A DNA stretch of 62,435 bases, filler included, from Hausera hauseri (lineage: Eukaryota), in assembly GCA_046269625.1 (NCBI GenBank). It is 11 parts of 11 records of this genome, joined end to end, with 100 filler letters (N's around TTAATTAATTAA, not from the genome) between each part and the next. Parts side by side here need not be neighbours in the genome. Positions count along the whole stretch, not along the records: positions 1 to 4,001 come from JBJURY010827972.1; positions 4,102 to 8,693 come from JBJURY010514126.1; positions 8,794 to 14,069 come from JBJURY010293281.1; positions 14,170 to 19,909 come from JBJURY010196859.1; 7 more parts are not named here. One strand, 5' to 3'. The first letter of the stretch is position 1; the number at the start of each line of letters is the position of its first letter. This document shows, one piece after another, positions 1-14,897 of this stretch. A model generated the notes under the pieces. The model had not been told where the DNA came from. It saw only the letters and a program-made list of their open reading frames with translations, and did no database searches. The position numbers and the translations under genes are program-made.

Positions 1-2466
1 GTCTGTGCCGCTCATCTGCACACGCTCAGCAGGCAGAACCTGAATGTGGATATTTTTAAACATTTTACTCTCATCTGTTGAGCTTGAATCCCCTCCTTCT
101 GTGTTTGTCGACTGTGTGAACAGATGTTTAACATATCCAACCCAAATTCTAAAAAATGTAAATGCAAACAGAATACAATCATTTGAAATCTCATAAACTG
201 GTATTTTTTTTACAATAGAACTAAAAAATTAGAAAAACTTTTGGTAAGTTTATATTTAATGGCAGCAAAACACCTTTAAAGGAGACATATCCCGCTTTTA
301 AATCCTTATTTTTCACTTTTAAATCCTTCAGTTGAGGTCTATATAAAGTAGAACTGCAATGTTTTGATCTGAATTCCTCATTATTGTAACTCCACAACCC
401 CTTCTTTCACCTTTTCTGAGCTGTGTCTCAGATCAACTCACTTTGAGGCTGTCTCTTCATATCCAAACAAGGAGCTTCACCCTCATTTCTGCCAAAATAA
501 TTGTGTAATGTGAAAGTGATGGCAGTGAAAATGTTTGAAGTTGCTGAGGTTGGATTTGTTTGAAGACAGCAGTAATCCATTTTGGTCTTGACCCTGACTA
601 GCTCGCAAAGCAGTGTATATTGTATAACATAACATTATGAAATATAGATAAGAAAAATGTACAACTCACCAGATGTCTGTGGTAGAAGACTATAAAATTT
701 ATAAATCCAGTTGGTAAATAGTTTAAATCTACACTATAAATGTACAGTTTAAATCTACAAAAAGCATACTGTCAGATTTAATGTGAGATTCGTAAAAAAA
801 CACTTAGATCACATTTATTAAGGCGAAATTAATCAGGCTGTGATTTAATACTTACTTATTCGTTGAGTCAAATTTATAGTAACTCGATGGCCAAATTAGA
901 TACATAAGTTAAAATCTATAATAACTCAGTGGCCAAATCAGGTATATCCGCAGTCAATGTTCACCATCACGGATCTCAGGTGTAATTTATTTTTCTTTCA
1001 CGTCTAATAGATAGTTCCCTGTGGACTTTATCAATTATTAAAGAAAATATTTCATCTATTTACTACGAGATGAAATTCATTCCATTGGTCATACAAAAAA
1101 TATAATNNNNNNNNNNATTTATTTGATTGTCTAGACATACCTAGGTGTCGGAAATTGCGTTATAAGGGCAATTCTCCTAACAGACTGAACATGTGTAACT
1201 ACGTCATTTTTAAGAATCTGCCAATTGACTTCGCAAGTTTATGTTGTCGCCTCGGTACGATTTATGCTGTAGCCTCGGTATTATATTCTTGCCCAATCAC
1301 ACCATCATTTACCACTGATAATCTAAAAAACCCCAAATAGTACGCCTCGCATTTACCTGATACTACAAGTCATAACTGACTCATTCGTGTTTTCACAATA
1401 GGGCTCGTGATACCTAAATACAATAATACAACGCGGACTGGAGTTTTACAGCCGATGATGCGTGCCATTTCGCTCTGTCGCTCACCAACATTGCCTTCGC
1501 TCAGGTTCGTGCACATTAGTGGATTCCAATCGAAATTTTTTATCACTAATCCGCTTAGTGATAGCGAACATCCCAATATCTGCCTACGAAATCCCTCGTT
1601 TATGTATCTGCTGTATAATCAAAATCTACAAAAGAAGTCTAATTCTCACCATGACGCAATTTGATAATACCGGTTATAATTCTAATTTTTGTAATTTTGT
1701 CGTATGTTAATAATTGTGTTTTTGTGTATCTCTAGGTGGTATTTGTACCATTTTAGTTCTATTTATTTATTTCAAGTGAATTTTTAATATTAATGTTTAT
1801 TTTCATGAGGCTCGGGTTTCCGTGTTACAATTCTATTCTATAATTCACATTTGTTTATTTCTGGCAAGCGTTTCCTTTAGAGACTGTTTCGAACACTTGA
1901 CTTTGATAATTATATTCAAGTGTCCCTCCTTAGCGTTTATTTGAAATATTTACCCTAGATTAATTATTTATCCTTACAAAGTCTCTGAATGCACAACCCA
2001 ACATACACGAGGACAATCACTAACATAACTGAGGTTATTATTGAAATTAATTGGTCATAAAAATATTTAAAGTCATTTGTTGTAATAATTATAACAAATG
2101 ATGGATGTGTTGAGATTCTGAACCTTATACATATTGTTTGAAAGTATTCAGGATAAAATCTTTGTCAATAAATAACAAAAAAATTAGTGCATTTTTCAAT
2201 TATATCCCAATATGAATGCGACATTTCGACAAGTTTCAACCTATATTCTACTAATATACAATTTCGAGTTAATCAAATATTCCGTGAAACTAAAAACTAC
2301 GACACATTAGCGGCTGATATTTCAATATTTCAAAATATTTTGTACATGCACGATATTAAATAAGCTCCCGTAATCGTTATTCGGATAGACCTATTTCAAA
2401 TCCATGCATATAAACGATAATGTAATTAATTTTCGTTACAGTTTCCGAAAATAACTGCAAAACACC

Positions 2467-2550
2467 TTAACCTTCCATTTACCAAACGGGTCCAATAGAC
2501 CTAATTGCAATATATTTTTAATGCACATTTTTTGGTAGACGGAGGGTTAA
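2467..2550. mobile_element. Tiny piggyBac-like MITE with TTAA at both ends
   Basis: TTAACCTTCCATTTACCAAA ... TTTGGTAGACGGAGGGTTAA: 17/20 inverted match including flanking TTAA and CC(C/T)T termini. Confidence 0.65.
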
Positions 2551-2897
2551 ATATTTTGCCTTTAACAACACAATATATGTATCAACTGAATGATTACCAT
2601 TGCGAAACACTATAATAACTTTTTATTCATAACCATTGTGATCATGTGACATCATTTAATCGGTCAGTGATTTGAGCCTTCAATGACCTTCACCTTATAT
2701 AACCTTGATGAGCAATAGGGAATATGTTGGGTTTTGTCCCCAGGTAACTTATTTTTCCATTACTAATAAATACTGTGAGAGAAAAATTGTATGGACCCTG
2801 AACGTGAATTCCTAAATAAAATTAATTTGCCCCTCTATATTACAACATACTTCCGCCACTGACTAATAAAATTAGCATACAAACTGAAAATTGTTAA

Positions 2898-4001
2898 TAC
2901 TAATTTGGACAAAAAAATAATGAGACTGATTGAATAAAACCAAATATTTTATCCATCCAAATTTATTGTGTCTCCTTCATAGTAATCCCCTTCCGCTTGA
3001 ATACACTTATTCCAAAAGTTTTTCCAGTCTTCGAAACAGTTATTATACGCAGCTTCCGGTATAGCCTGCAAAGCGGCCAGTGAATTCTTTTGGATGACTT
3101 CTATTGATAAAATCGATGTCCACGAAGTGGTAATTTCAATCGAGGAAAAAGAAAAAAGTCACACGGAGCCATATCTGGCGAATACGGTGTTTGCAGTATG
3201 ACATTCACTTGATTTTTGATGAAATACTGACGAATAATTAAGGCTGTATAAGATAGAGCGTTTTGGTGATACAGAAACCATGAATTGTTTCGCCATAATT
3301 CTCGTCGTTTTTACGAATTAACTCGCGTAAACAACACAAAAGGCCTAAATAATATTGTTTGTTGACTGTTTGGCCATTTGGAAGAAACTCTTTGTGAACT
3401 ACGCCACGGTAGTCGAAGAAAACAGTTAACATGACCTTGATTTTTGACTTGACATCCTTTCGGCCACTTGAAAACGACACTATTTTTCAAACGTATTCAA
3501 GACGAGAAGGCACATCTTTTAAAATTGTTTGGATTAAACCTTTTGATATACCGACACTGTCTACGAGGTTCCTTTGAGTCAATCAACGATTGGAAAGTAC
3601 AAGCTCCTTGATTATGTTGATGTTTTCATCATTAGTTGAGGTTGATTGTCTTCCTGAACGAGGTTCGTCTTCGACAGCTTCACAACCCTCAACAAATGGT
3701 TTGTACCACTTAAAAACTTGTGATCTTTATAAACATTCATAGCCGTAACACTTTTGTAATATTTTCAATGCATCAGAACAAGAAATGTCATTTTTAGACA
3801 AAATTTGATACAAATTCTCTGTTCGACATATTTAGCCATATTAAAAAATCGCTACAAACAATTTTATTCAAACACAAAAGACGCTGTAATTTCTAACCTA
3901 ACAAAGCAAATGTAATGAAACTTCTGTCAGCTGTTCACAACAGCCAAACCCTACCAAATAAATATACACATCGATATTCAACGCGCGTACTTTTTATAAA
4001 T
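2898..4001 (-). mobile_element. Mariner DNA transposon, internally deleted; scaffold ends inside the second TIR
   Basis: TA-initiated TIR-like TACTAATTTGGACAAAAAAATAATGAGACT at 2898; transposase remnant inside. Confidence 0.85.
2949..3839 (-). pseudogene. Mariner transposase pseudogene
   Basis: MAKYVEQRICIKFC...VEDEPRSGR (HTH), KIKVMLTVFFDYRGVVHKEFLP, PYSPDMAPCDFFLFPRLK, KCIQAEGDYYEG; stops and frameshifts; first catalytic (TGDETW) block missing. Confidence 0.92.
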
Positions 4002-4101
4002 NNNNNNNNNNNNNNNNNNNNNNNNNNNNNNNNNNNNNNNNNNNNTTAATTAATTAANNNNNNNNNNNNNNNNNNNNNNNNNNNNNNNNNNNNNNNNNNN
4101 N
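4002..4101. other. Artificial scaffold-joining spacer (N44 + TTAATTAATTAA + N44); identical copies start at 8694, 14070, 19910, 23959, 30676, 36913, 41910, 46118, 55988
   Basis: Identical 100-nt block with stops in all six frames occurs 10 times; sequence on either side is unrelated. Confidence 0.98.
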
Positions 4102-4799
4102 TCATATTATACTGCTCAATCTTCATGATGAGTAGTACATCTAATTATCTCTTGTTATTGTTGCTGTGTTCAACTGTACTTGTGTTCAACTGTCTGACCA
4201 CCCTTTTTATTATTGTTGAAATTTACATGTTTTATTTTAGCAACGGAATTTTCCGATAATTTACGAAAGATTTATTTTTGTTGGAAAGTTAATATATATT
4301 CTGTTAAAGTCACAACGAAGATTAATACGGTTCTAAAATAAAGTAGGTTGATTTTGTAATTGTGATGTTGGACTGACTGAGATTCATAGATTTACATTTA
4401 GTAACAAAGAAAAACCTTATACATGTTGAAAAATAGGAAAAGCTTTTCCCGGAAAACCAGTCAGTTGTGGGTTTAATTTTTCGTATATTTCCGCTTGTGC
4501 AAAAATAAACAAGAATAAATCCACAAGAAAATAAGTCAATAGGACTTTAGTGTATTTCAAATGACAAACCTTAATTCTCATCACTTTGTAAAATGCCCTT
4601 AGTGTTAGTAGAAAGCATTAATGTTCCTTGGTATTTTTCATTTTTGTTCTGTTATATTTTTTTACATTTTTGATGAATAGCTTATTATGGGTAAAAAGCG
4701 TAAATCTACAGTATTGACTAGCGCAAAGAGTAGCAAGAAGTTCTGTGCACAACCAGCCCCTTTCGATACAACAGAGCCTCCGACGTTGAGTCAAGTCAT

Positions 4800-6465
4800 T
4801 CAATACAACTATTTTCTTAAAAACAGTAATCCAGATTTAAAAGACTGACATTTCTAAAGTAATTGGGAAAGATGTTATTGAGGTCTGGCGATAGGTGAAC
4901 CCACGGCTACCACTCTGATGAATATTGCATGGTAAAGAAGATAGATAATGCTTGTTTCAAGAAGATGAAGATCAACTGGATGATGCTTTCAGCAGTCCAA
5001 AGTTTAGAGAAAAGCCTTCATAAACTTTTTGACGTGTCTTCTCGTTTTGGAGCCAGCTTTGAAAACGCATTGCTCCTCGACTTACAAGCTATGGATCATC
5101 TCAAACCTGGTCTGGATCTAGGACAAGTAATCCTAGATAAGAGAAAAGAACAGAATGAAAGAGAAGAGTAATAAGAAGCAAGGTAAAGTATGAGTCCGTT
5201 AGTGTATTGGGGTTGATTCAAAGATTGATAGAGGTTACAAGTAAAGATCAAAGTGAAGAAAGGAAAAGGATTTGAGCATCATTTGCCTTTTACTAAAGGG
5301 TTAGGAAAAGATAATGGAACATATCTAACTCACAGGATCAATCTAACAAAGAGCTACAGGAGCTGTTCTTGGAGAAGAGAGCTTCTTGGAAGAGTTCCAA
5401 AGTGTAAACAATCTCAAAGCAGCAATCCTCGATGATACAGTAACAAACACTGGTTGAAAAAGCGGCCTTGATACAGTGCTGCAAAATAATCTCAAGCGAA
5501 GACTATTGGTTGTTCTCTTCATCAAAATAAAATACCTTTTCGAGCAATTTTAAGTTCCTTGATGGCAGCACTAGGAGTCCCACGGTCTTCAGCCGCCCAA
5601 TGGGTAAATTATGTGAGACTGATCACCAGAAATTGGCACAGACCAAGTTCACAATCCTTAGTGGTCTACTTGATGATGTCCAGTTTCTTGATGAAATTCC
5701 TGCTGATCTCAGAACGGACCAGAGACTTTTGGAGTATATTCGAGGAATTTCCAGTGGCAGAGTTGACCCCAGATTTGCTGCATGGAAAATTGGAGCCCTC
5801 AGTCATGTTAGATGACTGACTCTGGCAATCGGTTTGATGTATATTTGGACGAAAGGTGTTTGTTCGCCAGAACTGAAAGACAAGTTGTACTACGCCGTTA
5901 AGTTCATAGTCAAGGTGTATGCAGTTAGCTGGTTTGATATCAAGAGGGATAAGAGGTTCAGCAACCAGCAGCAATACATCTACAATATGATCCAGAGGAT
6001 CAGGAACCAATCAGAAGAGGTTCAAAAGATGGCTCTTGAGAACCTGCAGCTGCTGCCGGGGAAAATGCTTTACTCCATGCTGAAGTCAAACTATCTGGTA
6101 ATGAGACAGGCTGCTCTGCAGAAAATCCTCTCAATCAGAGCTGGTGTCCCGCCAAAGAAAAGACTGAAAATCACAGCCATCAACACAGAAGCAAACCACT
6201 GGTCTGAACTAAACAATCTGTCACACGATAGCATCTGTGAAGCTACCCTGACTGAACGCTTCTCCGACAGCGATCTTTAGGATGCACTGGATAACGGCAC
6301 AGAGCTGAACTTACCAGATCTACCTTCACATTCTCAGTGTTGGGGGCAGTAAATCTGACATTTGAAGCTTCTAACATTGTTGATGGATTGGAATCAAGAC
6401 AGATACATTCTTGCAAAGGTTGCAAGCCGTCAGATGAGACTTGCAACTGAAAGTTACGATGACAT
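4800..6465 (+). pseudogene. hAT-related (hATm-like) transposase pseudogene
   Basis: DLRTDQRLL..IGALSHVR*LT, FIVKVYAVSWFDIK, DLPSHSQ..EAS motifs homologous to the copy at 15195-17372; many frameshifts; TIRs not found. Confidence 0.75.
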
Positions 6466-7732
6466 TTGTGGTTAGGCAATAGATATTAGACATGCGTTTA
6501 ACACTACAAACATTTACTTCTCTGGTGTAATTGGCAAAACTTTGATTATTTCCCAATATTTGTGTTCTGCTTATTAATTTGGCAGATATCGGTGATGAGC
6601 ATGAATAATTTTAACAAATTATAGTGCATTATATTTTTGGATGTCTCCTGGAAATTTTGTTTCATATAACAAAGTGAAATTTTTGGTTCTTTCTTATTAC
6701 CTACATATCTCAACGAGTCCAAAATTGATATCTTCAAAAAGTTGAAAAAATAACCCATTGTAAAGCGTTACTTTAAAACAAAACTTTAATTAAATTTGCA
6801 TACAGTGAATTTACAAAATATTAATTAACATACTGTTGACAATTACATTTTAATTCATTTTGTGTTACATTGTGCCCTAACTGATTTATCTAAATTGTTA
6901 GACTGACATGGGCGACATTTGATTGTGGGTATTGTTGAACTGATATGGGCGACACATCGGATTATGAATGTCATTCAGCCGACATTGGCGGCAGTTTTGT
7001 TTTGATTTATTTTAATGGAATCCAAATCTTATAGAATTGTGACGCCTCCAATTTTGTATAAAAACTTAGTCGTTTCTTTTTAGTTGTACAATTATCTGGT
7101 TATAGTTTTATTTAGTCTGAAATAAAATTTATTCAATGAGTAAGCATTATTATTATTATTATTATCTCAATTGCTGTTGGTTATTAAAGTGTCGATTTAT
7201 TTAGTGTACGTTCTGACAGACGGGGTTATTTCGTATAACGAAAATTCCCACGATAAAGGTTTTGCCCTAGAGGCATTACCTGCCAAAATTACACATAAAC
7301 TTTCACGACAAGGGTTCTGCTCTGGTAGCATTACCTGCCAAATTCTGATTCTCAATTTGATTTTGGTGTATAAAGTTGAATAGCTCCCTTTGTCAGATCA
7401 CGTATAAAAGTTTGAGTAAATAAAGCCTCTGAATCTCAGGCCTTATCCTAGTGATATTACCTGAAGACGGGTTGTCAAGTCGATTCTTGACGACTCACTA
7501 AAATCGTAGACCCCAAGTAACTGTCTAAATAACAAGAACGAGATATATAGTTTGTGTTTCACACCCGCATCGCCTTCCGATACTAGTGATATATAGATAG
7601 ATTGATTCCCGATAACAATCTCGTTGATTCTTATATCTAAAACAGTAGCTTTGATATTGAACTCACTATAAGGCTAAGACTAGCCCGACCTTCCAACTGT
7701 TGAACTACTAGTAAAAACAATAATTTAATAAT

Positions 7733-8300
7733 ATTGTCTGCTAAATTAGGTATTTAGTTGGAAATTTCGTAAAACAGCGAGTTTAAAACTTCTGGTCTAC
7801 TTCACCCCGACTTTTGGCAAGACATAATATTAGTGACCAGGTAGCTAGCAGAAATCCGCTTTGCAATACCTCTCATCGTCCATTACAGAGCATGAAAATT
7901 TTCTTAAAAACTGTTCAGAGTTTTCGAGATCGCATTTTAGCAATGTTTTCTTTGTTCTGAGATCGGTCAGCTACTTTATGCACATGAAAACCCCTCAAAC
8001 CTCCTCTCACCTTAATTCTGTAGACGGTTGACTTAGAGATTCCTATTTTATCAGAAATATCCCTTACAGGATTACGTTTGAAAATGGCTATGACTTTCTT
8101 TTCATAGTCTTTCCTATTTGACCCTCATTTCATTTCCGACGTCAATTTTCTTTGAACACTTGAAGCATCTTTAAATTTAGTTAAAATATTTTATATGATT
8201 GTTTTTGGGATAACAAGAACTTTAGCCAACTCACTTTGTGATATTCCCGGACTGTCAAAGTATTTGGTCAAAATTAACTTTCTCCTTTCAATTGATATAA
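7733..8300 (-). pseudogene. Tc1/mariner ITmD37E-like transposase, N-terminal half
   Basis: HTH ISQSELAKVLVI..., VRDISDKIGISKSTVYRI, then VMDDERYCKADFC*LPGH*YY..AKSRGEVDQKF..TKFPTKYLI*QTI, matching the DD37E-family pattern MDDETYVKAD..LPG. Confidence 0.75.
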
Positions 8301-10680
8301 TTCCATGGAATCATTCAATATGCTGTATGCACATGCGTATAGAAATAAAAGCTTTTCACATACCTTCGCGTGAATGGTAATTAGAAATATTTTGTCGATA
8401 TTTTTCTGGAACATTCCTTATACTAACAAGGAACAACAACCTTAATGCTAGTCAGAGTTTTACAAGTTCTATAAGTACAAAATTTTATGCTAATTAATAA
8501 TATGAAAAATTTTTGCATATAAAGTTAAAATGATGCTATATGGACCTCTTCAATTTCCCCCTAATGTGCAGAAGAATTATCTGAATTAGCAAATGTTTTG
8601 CCATATTCTCCACCATTAATATTTGACTAATTGTGTTTGTTGATGTTTTGTCGACCTAATAAATATCCATCTAATATTTGACTAATTGTGTTTNNNNNNN
8701 NNNNNNNNNNNNNNNNNNNNNNNNNNNNNNNNNNNNNTTAATTAATTAANNNNNNNNNNNNNNNNNNNNNNNNNNNNNNNNNNNNNNNNNNNNGCTTTAA
8801 CGCTTGGTTACGCAGTCTTATTCCGCACATGCCATTTGATTATCCAGTCTAGAAACTTGTCTCATTGCATCTTCTTCTTTTGTCGTTTCCATATTGTACC
8901 TTGTAACTTTTTGGTCTAGTCTGGAAAACTCAATGCCCGCTCAGTTCTATATCAAATCATTTCTACATGTTCTATCTTCTTGAGTGACTATACTGTTTGT
9001 AATGTTTCTAGTAATTTTCTTCATGATAATAAATTTACTGCAGTAATAATAATGACGACTGTCAACATATTTTTCTCCCTCATCATTGTTCTAGCGGGTA
9101 GCGATGATAACATCAACGAGCGAAGTGACAACAACAACAGTGGTAGAAGCAACTCAAAGCTTGCATTAAACTAAATAATTTACTTGGTAACGAGCGAGGC
9201 ATGGCGAGTAGTGGAGCAGTCACCCAATAGCGAAGACTATTTGTTTATACCGGGTACATTAAAATTCCCCTGGGACCGATCTTTGCTAATGGTCAAGTGG
9301 AGAGATCACTTTGTTATGTTTTATCACTGAGTGTATGAAATTTGGTTTTATGATTTCATGCATTGTTAATTATTTTGTTCTTTTGGCTTTAAGCACTTTG
9401 TGGGTTGAATCACTGCAGTTTACTTAGTATTATTTTTTTGCTGTTAATAATTAGTGCAGGATGTCTGACAAAATATAGTGAATATTTAAATAAGCCACCG
9501 AATTATGAGTAGTTTGTTTTTACAGAGATTGCATAACAATCTTATAACACGTATCACACGTGGCTGCAAATACACTAAAACTCGCCGTTTCAATATTTGT
9601 CATTCTTAGTATCATGCTATCCATAATGCTAGTTTTGTTAGGGTTTGTTAATAAAATAAAACCAAATCCAAAAAATCAGACCAAAAAATTCAAATTTCAA
9701 TTCAAACTCAGATTCCAGTTCGAACTGATCCAGGATATCTCAACCAAACAGAAAATGAATACACATTAACATTTATTCGAGTGATACAGAAATAATGACA
9801 ATAACAAACTATTCAATGGACCCAGAAAAGAGAAAAATGACAGTTAATAAATTGCAGATAGAAATTCACGTATTTAGAATTACGATGTTCCTTATGATTT
9901 CACTGATTTAATGGAAGCTAGAATTCTTTACACAGAAGATAACCCATAGTCAACAAGGATCGTTATAAAAGTAATTGTGCAAAATAGTAGACTTCCGATG
10001 AAACCCTAAGCTACTTACGCAAGCTTGCTGACACGAAAGCCAAACGACAAAAATATTGTGACTTAAATCCAAAACCTTCAAAAATATTGGTATGCATAAA
10101 GGCATACCAATATTGGTATGCATAAATGTTTCCAGGTGTACTCTACTTCTTGACTACTGAGATAAGCATCGCCAGCAGCCCTACAACCCAAAACAAGATT
10201 AGTCAGGTACAGACAGAATCTGCGTGGATTATTTTGTGTCAGTGTTGCCAAGCTTACCTAAACAGGCAAGGTGAAATACCACTAACACCACTTTCTTTCC
10301 TGGTTGTCTACTTTTCCTTTTGCCAATGTTATTTTGTTTCAAAAGAGTGAATTTCCTTACCCTCTCCTGACCAACAGCTGGGTTTAGTTAAGCAGGAAAG
10401 CATACTTAGTCTCAATGTGGTAGATGCTTCCGTTCTTTAATGTTCTCTTTGGTCAGAGGTTTTAGTGAATACAGAAGGGTCCTTGTTAAGGTGCATATAT
10501 TCGTCAAGTTTAAAAAAGCAGCTCAAGCCCAACATGTAAAGTCATCTTAACATATTTTTTCACTATTGGTTTGCTTTACAATGGAATTTCTTGCATTTCG
10601 ATTAAAATGTTTCGTTATCTTGTTGAATTTTATCTTCACTCAATGTATTTCGTTTTAATCGAATTTTAAAAGAATCTGCA

Positions 10681-11624
<944 letters not shown>

Positions 11625-12518
11625 CTAATTGAAAGGTACATAACATTGAATTATCGAGATCAGAAAAGGTTATGAACTGTCACGAACAAAATAGTTCTAA
11701 CCCTCAATACCACATCCTTACTCATGCGTGTTTATGATTGCGAATGATGATCTTGCAACTGATAATCACACAACGATAATATATTACGCAGTACATGTTA
11801 TTACAATTTAGTTTTTTTTTCAGAATATTAGAATTTTGCAGATGTAAAACTTCGTATATCCTTTCAATTTTATAATACAATCGAAGAATAACACCCAAGA
11901 TTTTTTAACATCTTAAAATTCCAAAAAGCTCTGCTTTTAAACACAAAATTAATGCAACTATAATTTCATGGCAGAGTCCATAGATACAGCAAATGAAACC
12001 ATATAGATCTAAAACTGATTTCTTCGACATAAACCAATTTATCGTTCAACCAACTATTCTAGAATCCCAACATTCTTAGACTTCTCGAAAAAAAATTCTC
12101 ATTTATTAAAAACGTTTTTTTTAAAACCTTCGTAGAATTTTTTTTGTCTTAACAATTTCTTCAAATTTCACCCAGAAGGACTACTTTTAACGAGAATATT
12201 TAAATTTTAAACCTGAAGATCTCAGAATATTTATTCTTAAATTTAAAATTATTTCAATAAACGTTTTGCGAGAAAATCTTCCAACTTTGCTCCATTTAGC
12301 CGAAACAAATATTTTCCCGTTATCATTCATTTACATTACAGGTCAATCAATACAAACCGAAAAAGAAGATGGTAAACAGTTTAATTAATAACTTCAGTGT
12401 TAAAAATCAATTAGTAGCTTAAATATATCTGCTGCTAATCCGAAAATGAATGTTCCTATATTAAAATCGTGCTATTGTATTGATCTGATGCAAAAGTCTC
12501 TGACCGGGTAATTTACAC

Positions 12519-12543
12519 TATATATATATATATATATATATAT
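12519..12543. repeat. (TA)n microsatellite
   Basis: Direct reading. Confidence 0.95.
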
Positions 12544-12553
12544 TCACTTAGAT

Positions 12554-13123
12554 ATGGGTGAACAGTCAGTGGACCTCAATTAATTGAGGGACGACATGGC
12601 ATTAAGTCTGTCCAAAGAAGATGATGATTTCATACGTGATAAGAAGCCGGTTGAGAATTCGGTACAAATTAAAAAGAAGGCTGTATATACGCAACAAACA
12701 GGACAGCCAAGGGTGACTAAGCAACGGGCGGAAGAATTGATTAAGGTCATAGAAGAAATCCAGTGCATCCAAGAAAGAAAGGAAATCACAGCCAAGGCGA
12801 CAGGAAAATTGCAGCGGCAGTACGGAAGCAGGAAAAGAAGACGGGACGGCCTGAAATTGAAGGAAGAGGTGGAAATGGTCCCATTACAACAGGACAATGT
12901 GACTGATCCTAAATTGCACAGAAACGTTGAGAAAAGATTTGAGATCAGCACCAAGCCGCAGGTATCAACAGACAATGAGAAGGAAATGACAGACCTCCGA
13001 TTGCAAATTTGTCATTTAAAGGAACAAGTCACTAATTACCAGCTAGTAATTGCAAATCAGAGACGAACGATACAGCAGCTGAGAAAAAAGGGAACACGGC
13101 TGATAAAGAAAGTCAGTGTGTGA
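12554..13123 (+). pseudogene. Charged coiled-coil ORF of unknown function (ATG 12554, in-frame stop at 12581); possibly a TE ORF1/gag remnant
   Basis: 179-codon K/E/Q-rich open frame with heptad-like C-terminus; no recognisable domain. Confidence 0.35.
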
Positions 13124-13653
13124 AGTTGGAGATGGAAGATAAATCTGTGGCTATATCAGTATATGTTACAGATACTAATACACATACAGAACATGTGACA
13201 GAAGGAAAGGATATGCAGACACAGGCACATGCATAGGTAGATGCACTGGCAGAAAAGCATGCATGCAATAACTGCTATATTGTATACAATTATTGTAAAT
13301 AGTCAACATCAGGGTTATTTATAATAATGGAAACGTTAATCGGTCCTCATTAGGGCTATATATTTTGATTACCTTTTGTTGTGTAATTTGTATTACTTAT
13401 TCTGTTGTAGTTTTAATAAGTTTAAAAAACTTAGTCTTTTGCAGAAAAGACAGTAGGTTTAAAGAAAAAGTGAAGCAGGTTGATTAAATGCATTGAACGA
13501 TAAGGAAGATGAACCAAGAATATCATGGTTTGTTTTATAGGCTTATGTACATATGACTTAATTTTGGTTGCCTTATTAATCTGTGAGGTTGATTGGATGC
13601 ACACACATTCGGCATTATATATGCACTAAACATTATTTATATCTGTCTGAAAA

Positions 13654-13953
13654 ATGCAAACTGAAATTTGTTCTTATCTCACTCTTGTGGATGTTTCGTC
13701 AACTTTATACGACACTGTATTGTTGACCATGACAATCCCAACAGCAGTCCAGTTCAGCGACTATTTCAATTTCACCTTCATCAAACCAGATTGGCAAAGG
13801 GATATCGAAATATATTGGGTGAGAATAGACGAGATTGCGAGAAGGGTGGTGATGAAATGCACGAGAAACCGGTATATTGATTTAGGACAATTGTTCAAGT
13901 CAAGTGCTGTATTGGAAGAATATATCAATATGGAGAAACGTCCAGTAGCATGA
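13654..13953 (+). CDS. Short intronless hypothetical protein (99 aa), possibly viral or TE-derived
   Basis: AAAATG start, TATATA ~35 nt upstream, protein-like composition; no homology recognised. Confidence 0.35.
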   Translation: MQTEICSYLTLVDVSSTLYDTVLLTMTIPTAVQFSDYFNFTFIKPDWQRDIEIYWVRIDEIARRVVMKCTRNRYIDLGQLFKSSAVLEEYINMEKRPVA

Positions 13954-14169
13954 TTTTTTGTTGTTTTAATATAACTTCTGTGTTAAAAAATCTTTCTTGT
14001 TTCAAATTACTGTGCTGATTTTTGTATTTTATCGACTTATTAAAGATTTTTTAACTGAATATGCATAATNNNNNNNNNNNNNNNNNNNNNNNNNNNNNNN
14101 NNNNNNNNNNNNNTTAATTAATTAANNNNNNNNNNNNNNNNNNNNNNNNNNNNNNNNNNNNNNNNNNNN

Positions 14170-14643
14170 TTAGCTAATATCAATTATCGCGGACATGTTA
14201 CCGAGTGTGACATTAACACACTACCTTTTAATCAATGGAAGCCGATGCAGTATGTCCTCAAGTGTCCACCGGATTTTACATGCATCGTATTTCAATCGGG
14301 AACGTGTCGTATTATGGGTTGTTGCAAACCAATCACAGCCTAAAACAGTAAACTACTACGATTCGGAATTGTCATTGACCAAATCCAATCAATAACGGTA
14401 ACGACTCAGTTAGACTACCACTACCACAACCAAACGATCAATCTGTACAAATTAGCTATGGCTGCTGCTATTGAATGTACGTATGAACCCGAACTGTTTC
14501 CTGCACTGAGACTGACATTGTTTCGCCCACTTTGTGTCAATGTGTTTAACAGTGGAAAAATTGTCATACTCGGTATTCGTACAATGGACTATGAAACGAC
14601 TGTTAATCAAATTAAAAACCATATCAATATTTTAGTGAATTAA
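14170..14643 (+). pseudogene. Divergent TATA-binding-protein-like gene (both TBP repeats); one in-frame stop at 14341; 5' end cut by the scaffold edge
   Basis: LANINYRG / CIVFQSGTCRIMGC (repeat 1) and IQSITVT / INLYKL / YEPELFPAL / VNVFNSGKIVILG (repeat 2) parallel TBP LIFSSGKMVCTG, IQNMVGS, YEPELFPGL, LIFVSGKVVLTG. Confidence 0.8.
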
Positions 14644-14706
14644 AATAATTTACTTTGCGCAATAAGCTATAAATACCACTCCCAAGTTCGTTCAGACATT
14701 ACTACT

Positions 14707-14897
14707 ATGGAAGACGATGATAAAGCGATACTACTCAATGGTGACAATGATGAAAGTTCAGATTGGTCATGGTTGTTTGGTGGCGAGAAAGACAATTCCA
14801 ATGTCGAATTTCTGGAACCGAAAACAAAACTTTCACTTTACTGCCTTCATTGTTTATTGATTTTACACATTTCATTTGTTCAGAGAGATTTATGCAT
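14707..14897 (+). pseudogene. Acidic small ORF next to the TBP-like gene, interrupted by the hATm-like element
   Basis: TATAAATA at ~14668, ATG 14707, MEDDDKAILL..WSWLF; frame runs into the TIR at 14898. Confidence 0.4.

Noticed and set aside
1-620. THAP-domain/P-element remnant on the minus strand (KWITAV.., CHHF)
   Set aside because: Motifs are too short and in different frames
1140-1710. Endogenous viral fragment or host exon
   Set aside because: Several open frames but no motif I can recognise
4046-4057. Regularly recurring TTAATTAATTAA as a biological repeat or CRISPR-like array
   Set aside because: Always embedded in N44 runs; it is an assembly concatenation linker
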